From assembly GCA_910579285.1 (NCBI GenBank), contig CAJTTT010000003.1, forward strand, positions 21,475 to 45,474: 24,000 nt of DNA, written 5' to 3'. Below the pieces are notes generated by a model. That model did not search any database. It was not told the origin of the DNA and saw nothing but the letters and a program-made list of their open reading frames with translations. This document shows, piece after piece, positions 23,191 to 24,000 of the stretch (positions are counted from its first letter, which is position 1; each line of letters opens with the position of its first letter). The position numbers and the translations under genes are program-made. The stretch is from an uncultured Lachnospiraceae bacterium. GTDB taxonomy: Bacteria; Bacillota; Clostridia; Lachnospirales; Lachnospiraceae.

Positions 23191-23222
23191 GAGGAAAAGG
23201 AATACCGGCACTATCGTGCCGG
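23191..23222 (-). terminator. Terminator hairpin embedding the stop codon of the DUF2461 gene
   Basis: CCGGCAC (23205-23211) pairs with GTGCCGG (23216-23222) across a 4-nt loop. On the minus strand UAUUCCUUUUCC follows. Confidence 0.45.
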
Positions 23223-23894
23223 CATTCTGAAATCCGCGAGCGCGCGGTTCAAATAATCATTGAAAGGTTTCATCGCCTCAAAAATCTCTACCATTTTCGG
23301 CAGGAATGTCCCGATATCCAGCAGATCCTGGTCCTTGACAGGGTATTCGAGATACCAGCTCTTATATTTTAAGTATTCGGCCTGCGGATGATCCTTGTCA
23401 TACCCGGCCGGCACCTTTTTGAGAGCTGTCCCCTGTACCGTAAAATATTTGGTAAAGGTGTCCGCATGAATGATCTGTTCCCATTCGTCTGGATATTTCA
23501 CGATATAGTCCCGCACCATGACGGTGGCTTCCTTGAACATATCGGCAAACAGTCCGCCGCCCAGAAAGGATTCATCACCGGGCTTTATCATCAGATAATA
23601 TCCAACCGGGACAGGGAGTTTTCCCATCGCGCCGATGTGGGCGCGGAAGGCGGGATTGTACGGTGACTTGTCGTGACTGAACCGGGTATCCCGCACCAGC
23701 TTAAAGGTAAGATCCTTGGGCACATTCTGGAGGATACTGCTGTCTGTCTTTCCGATAGCCAGAATCAGTTCCTGCACCAGCTCTTCAAACTGCGTGTTTG
23801 CGTCTTTGTATTCTGTCTTATGCTGATGATACCATTCCCGGTTGTTGTTTTCCTTTAATTCGGATAAGTATTTGAAGATCAGTTCTGTGTTCAT
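23211..23894 (-). CDS. DUF2461 (TIGR02453) family protein
   Basis: LSELKENNNREWYHQHKTEYKDA...RDTRFSHDKSPYNPAFRAHI is the characteristic DUF2461 signature. GGGAGG precedes the tandem ATGs at 23897 and 23894. The track start at 23996 lacks an RBS. Confidence 0.85.
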   Translation of the reverse strand: MNTELIFKYLSELKENNNREWYHQHKTEYKDANTQFEELVQELILAIGKTDSSILQNVPKDLTFKLVRDTRFSHDKSPYNPAFRAHIGAMGKLPVPVGYYLMIKPGDESFLGGGLFADMFKEATVMVRDYIVKYPDEWEQIIHADTFTKYFTVQGTALKKVPAGYDKDHPQAEYLKYKSWYLEYPVKDQDLLDIGTFLPKMVEIFEAMKPFNDYLNRALADFRMPAR

Positions 23895-24000
23895 CATTTC
23901 CTCCCATTCCTTCCGGGCACAGATAAAATGCGAAAGGTGCTTTCTCACATAGCAATGTGAACTTTTATGCGTCTTCTGTGCCAGAACTTTTTTCATGTGC

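Noticed and set aside
1-24000. CRISPR arrays, rRNA, tRNA or other structured RNA genes
   Set aside because: I found no regularly spaced direct repeats. No intergenic region has tRNA-like cloverleaf potential or rRNA-like conservation. Every intergenic gap is short or AT-rich promoter-like DNA.

Overview
This 24-kb window looks like a Clostridia-type Firmicutes chromosome. That placement is an inference from gene content, GGAGG-type ribosome-binding sites and a Cheo-type LexA box.

Two core segments of roughly 50-60 % G+C (1-2830 and about 12026-24000) flank a low-G+C island of about 9.2 kb (about 2832-12025). Hand counts of single 60-nt lines give 16-20 G+C per 60 inside the island and 31-37 per 60 in the flanks.

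Core genes:
- a partial FtsX-type ABC permease
- a MarR regulator followed by a TauE/SafE-type membrane protein
- a TetR regulator
- a small ferredoxin plus a membrane 4Fe-4S protein
- a DUF1905/DUF1801 protein
- a BlaI-like repressor, an M56 (BlaR1-like) sensor protease and a DJ-1/PfpI protein in one operon
- an SOS-type Y-family polymerase with a YolD-like gene
- a tandem HD / HD-GYP protein
- a DUF362 Fe-S protein
- a rubredoxin-fused glutamate-synthase-like flavoprotein
- a DUF2461 protein

The island carries a tightly packed operon: a small winged-helix gene, then hsdR, hsdM and hsdS, which together form a complete Type I restriction-modification system. Downstream on the same strand are four ORFs I cannot assign to a characterised system:
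- a two-TM protein reminiscent of SieB
- a single-TM protein
- a PD-(D/E)xK-like nuclease whose N-terminus is split by a 1-nt frameshift
- a 54-aa Asn/Gln-rich peptide

This 2.6-kb tail (9405-12008) is my best candidate for an undescribed defence module.

The island has no integrase, transposase or tRNA. A 15/16-identical 16-bp direct repeat sits at 3079-3094 and 12010-12025, and the right copy lies exactly at the composition switch. The right copy abuts an orphan C-terminal fragment of an acetolactate-synthase-type gene.

I found no CRISPR arrays or rRNA/tRNA genes.
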